This document shows, piece by piece, positions 62,121-64,000 of a stretch of DNA of 64,000 bases; the first letter of the stretch is position 1; each line of letters starts with the position of its first letter. The stretch is taken from positions 711 through 64,710 of the forward strand of contig JAGAYY010000025.1 in assembly GCA_017940265.1 (NCBI GenBank). Direction: 5' to 3'. This DNA is from Bacilli bacterium. GTDB lineage: Bacteria > Bacillota_I > Bacilli_A > RFN20 > CAG-826. The notes under the pieces were generated by a model. The model was not told where the DNA came from. It saw only the letters and a program-made list of their open reading frames with translations, and ran no database searches. The translations under genes and the position numbers were made by a program.

Positions 62121-63181
62121 ACTTTTTAGACATTGCACTTATACCTTCTGAGAAAAATAGTGGGACTGGTAAATACAATTTTAGTGTTACAGATGAGCTA
62201 GATAGAAGTCAAAGTCTCCCGATTTTTACTTCACCAATGGATTCGGTTGTTAGTGAAAAGAATTGGGAGGTTTATAATTCTAATGGTATCAAGCCAGTAC
62301 TCCCCAGAACATCACCTTTAAATGTTAGACTCGAGGGTTGTCAGTATGTTTTTGCTGCATTCTCATTAAAAGAAGTTCAAGATAACTTCCTTCTAAGAAA
62401 ACGGATTTCACAAATGCAATTTAAGGTTTGTATTGATCCTGGAAACGGACATGATACTAAGATCTTCGAATTGGGGAAAGCACTAAAAGCAATGTATGGG
62501 CCTCAGATCAACCTAATGGGAGGAAATATTGGATCCCCCAAGGTATATGGTGAATACTGTAAGACTGGGTTTGATTATGTTAGGGTAGGTATGTCAGGCG
62601 GTTCATTGGTAGATCCTGGAAAATATGGGTTCTATTATCCGCAAGCCTCACTCTTAATTGATATCCTAGGAGTTAAGAATACAGCACTAACTGGACTTAA
62701 ACATACAAAGATAATTTCTGATGGGGGTATTAAAAATCCTTCCGATATTCTCAAGGCTATAGCACTTGGAGCAGATTATGTAATGATTGGTAGAGAATTT
62801 GCAAAACTTTTAGAAGCTGCGGGTCCTTTATTTCAAAAAACCGAGAAGGGTAAGGAACTCGTAACTGATCCTACTATATTGGCCGATCTTCCTGATACCG
62901 AGCTTAAAGATTCTGGACTAATTCGATATTATTCAGGTTCCACATCTTTAGAAATGCAAGCTAGAAGAGGTGGCTATGAAGATATACATGATTGGCTTGG
63001 TGCTCCTGGTATGAAACGTAATCCCTCCGACTCTAGAACTGACGAACTAAAAGTTACTAAATCCTTGAAGACTTGGTTAACTGAAATGTATGACTGTTTT
63101 GGATATGGATTTACTATGAGTGGAGCAAAAGATTGGCAGACATTTAAATCTAATGCAAAGTTCGTTCAAGTTCAGATATGA
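62105..63181 (+). CDS. IMPDH/GMP-reductase family TIM-barrel protein (GuaC-like, no CBS domains)
   Basis: FLDIALIPSE resembles FDDVLLVP. ISDGGIKNPSDILKAIALGADYVMIG matches the phosphate-binding region. Confidence 0.65.
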   Translation: MERLLDFLDIALIPSEKNSGTGKYNFSVTDELDRSQSLPIFTSPMDSVVSEKNWEVYNSNGIKPVLPRTSPLNVRLEGCQYVFAAFSLKEVQDNFLLRKRISQMQFKVCIDPGNGHDTKIFELGKALKAMYGPQINLMGGNIGSPKVYGEYCKTGFDYVRVGMSGGSLVDPGKYGFYYPQASLLIDILGVKNTALTGLKHTKIISDGGIKNPSDILKAIALGADYVMIGREFAKLLEAAGPLFQKTEKGKELVTDPTILADLPDTELKDSGLIRYYSGSTSLEMQARRGGYEDIHDWLGAPGMKRNPSDSRTDELKVTKSLKTWLTEMYDCFGYGFTMSGAKDWQTFKSNAKFVQVQI

Positions 63182-63453
63182 TTAGACTTTGGATTGCTGA
63201 ATGCGGAGGAGAGAATTTCTGGATTAAGGCTGAGTCTGAAAGGGCAGCTAAAAAGATATTCAAAGAGTTCGTTGTATCTAAAGCTTTCTGGGAGACTGAG
63301 AACGAAGTATCAGAGGAACAAAAAACCTTCGGGCTAGATTTATATAAGAAATTTAAGTTTAGTGAATGTCCGGGAATAATACCTAATCAAACAAGAGGAG
63401 ATGTTATGATTGATATAACAAATCCAGCAGAAGATTGGATATGGCAAAAATAG
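63178..63453 (+). CDS. hypothetical protein
   Basis: 91-aa ORF. Confidence 0.4.
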   Translation: MIRLWIAECGGENFWIKAESERAAKKIFKEFVVSKAFWETENEVSEEQKTFGLDLYKKFKFSECPGIIPNQTRGDVMIDITNPAEDWIWQK

Positions 63454-63908
63454 GAATAGATTTTGATGGATGTTGCGTAGTTGCTCTTCCCGAACCTGGT
63501 ATATGTGATGTAGATACTGGTGCTTCTGAAGTTCTTGGTGATCTTGTCAAGAATGGGCACGAATTAATTCTTTGGACCTGCAGAAATGATGACAAGGAGA
63601 ATCCATATAATTGGGTCAACGGAGAATTACGAACCGAAACTAGTCTAGGGGAAGCGATAAGATGGTTTTCCGAGCATGATATTCCGTTGGCAGGAATTAA
63701 TGGGTACCAAGAAGAAACCCAACGAATAGGACATGCTCGAAAGTTACTTATCGACTTATTAATAGATGATACAAATCTCGGTTCGAAATATACCGTTGGA
63801 GAAGTAGAGTATATATCATTAGAAACTGGTGAGATTAAGAAGATAGAAACTTATTCTTTAGATTGGGGATGGGTAAGAGACGAATTAGTGAAGATGGACT
63901 TATTATAA
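63435..63908 (+). CDS. HAD-superfamily phosphatase-like protein
   Basis: Motif I is IGIDFDGCCV (DxDG). A late LLIDD motif is present. Confidence 0.45.
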   Translation: MDMAKIGIDFDGCCVVALPEPGICDVDTGASEVLGDLVKNGHELILWTCRNDDKENPYNWVNGELRTETSLGEAIRWFSEHDIPLAGINGYQEETQRIGHARKLLIDLLIDDTNLGSKYTVGEVEYISLETGEIKKIETYSLDWGWVRDELVKMDLL

Positions 63909-64000
63909 GTAGGAGTATCTATGTACATGAATCTGGACATTTCATTGGATATTGTAAATCCATTCAACAAAATATAAAAGGTCGAGTTAAGAGGAAACAC

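Noticed and set aside
1-64000. Possible stop-codon reassignment, considered because the RNAP and endonuclease genes appear fragmented.
   Set aside because: TAA, TAG and TGA each terminate well-conserved proteins at the expected lengths. TAA ends infA, thyX and the DNA polymerase. TGA ends the Clp-like protein, the RNA ligase and beta. TAG ends beta-prime. The RNAP fragmentation is fully explained by the introns.

Overview
This is an AT-rich, densely packed window that looks like the replication, transcription and nucleotide-metabolism part of a large virulent dsDNA phage. I saw no rRNA, CRISPR array, integrase or transposase.

Recognisable genes:
- Replication: family A DNA polymerase, DnaG-like primase, DnaB-like helicase, two SF2 helicases, a RusA-like resolvase.
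- Nucleotide and cofactor metabolism: ThyX, a dNMP-kinase-like protein, a GMP-reductase-like protein, and a PncB/Nudix module.
- Transcription: a bacterial-type multisubunit RNA polymerase, with a beta-prime homologue at 13012-18888 and a beta homologue at 19470-23492.
- Host-like functions: IF-1, an FtsH-like AAA protease, a ClpC/ClpB-like unfoldase, a P-type cation ATPase, a CX5R phosphatase, an RNA ligase and a 2H phosphoesterase.

Main observations:
1. The two RNAP genes are broken by five group I introns: four in beta-prime and one in beta. All carry the conserved P/Q/R/S core elements. Three carry homing-endonuclease ORFs, one is only about 161 nt. Conceptual splicing restores NRQPSLH...NADFDGD, the bridge helix, the trigger loop and the beta NPxxxxxR motif, all in frame.
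2. A tRNA-Arg(UCU) gene carries a 409-nt group I intron in its anticodon loop.
3. A tRNA-shaped gene has a GAAA tetraloop where the anticodon loop should be.
4. A recurrent AAAACCTTATW-NN-TGTW box sits at the head of essentially every transcription unit. It lies 0-6 nt from start codons and 5-6 nt from the 5' ends of the tRNA and tRNA-like genes.
5. A T5orf172 nuclease cassette carries a duplicated copy of the 3' end of the helicase gene next to it.
6. A GC-rich, strongly structured intergenic island lies at 28554-28740.

All functional calls rest on motif recognition by eye. Splice junctions are inferred from P1 pairing, the terminal G of each intron and reading-frame restoration. Nothing was searched against a database.
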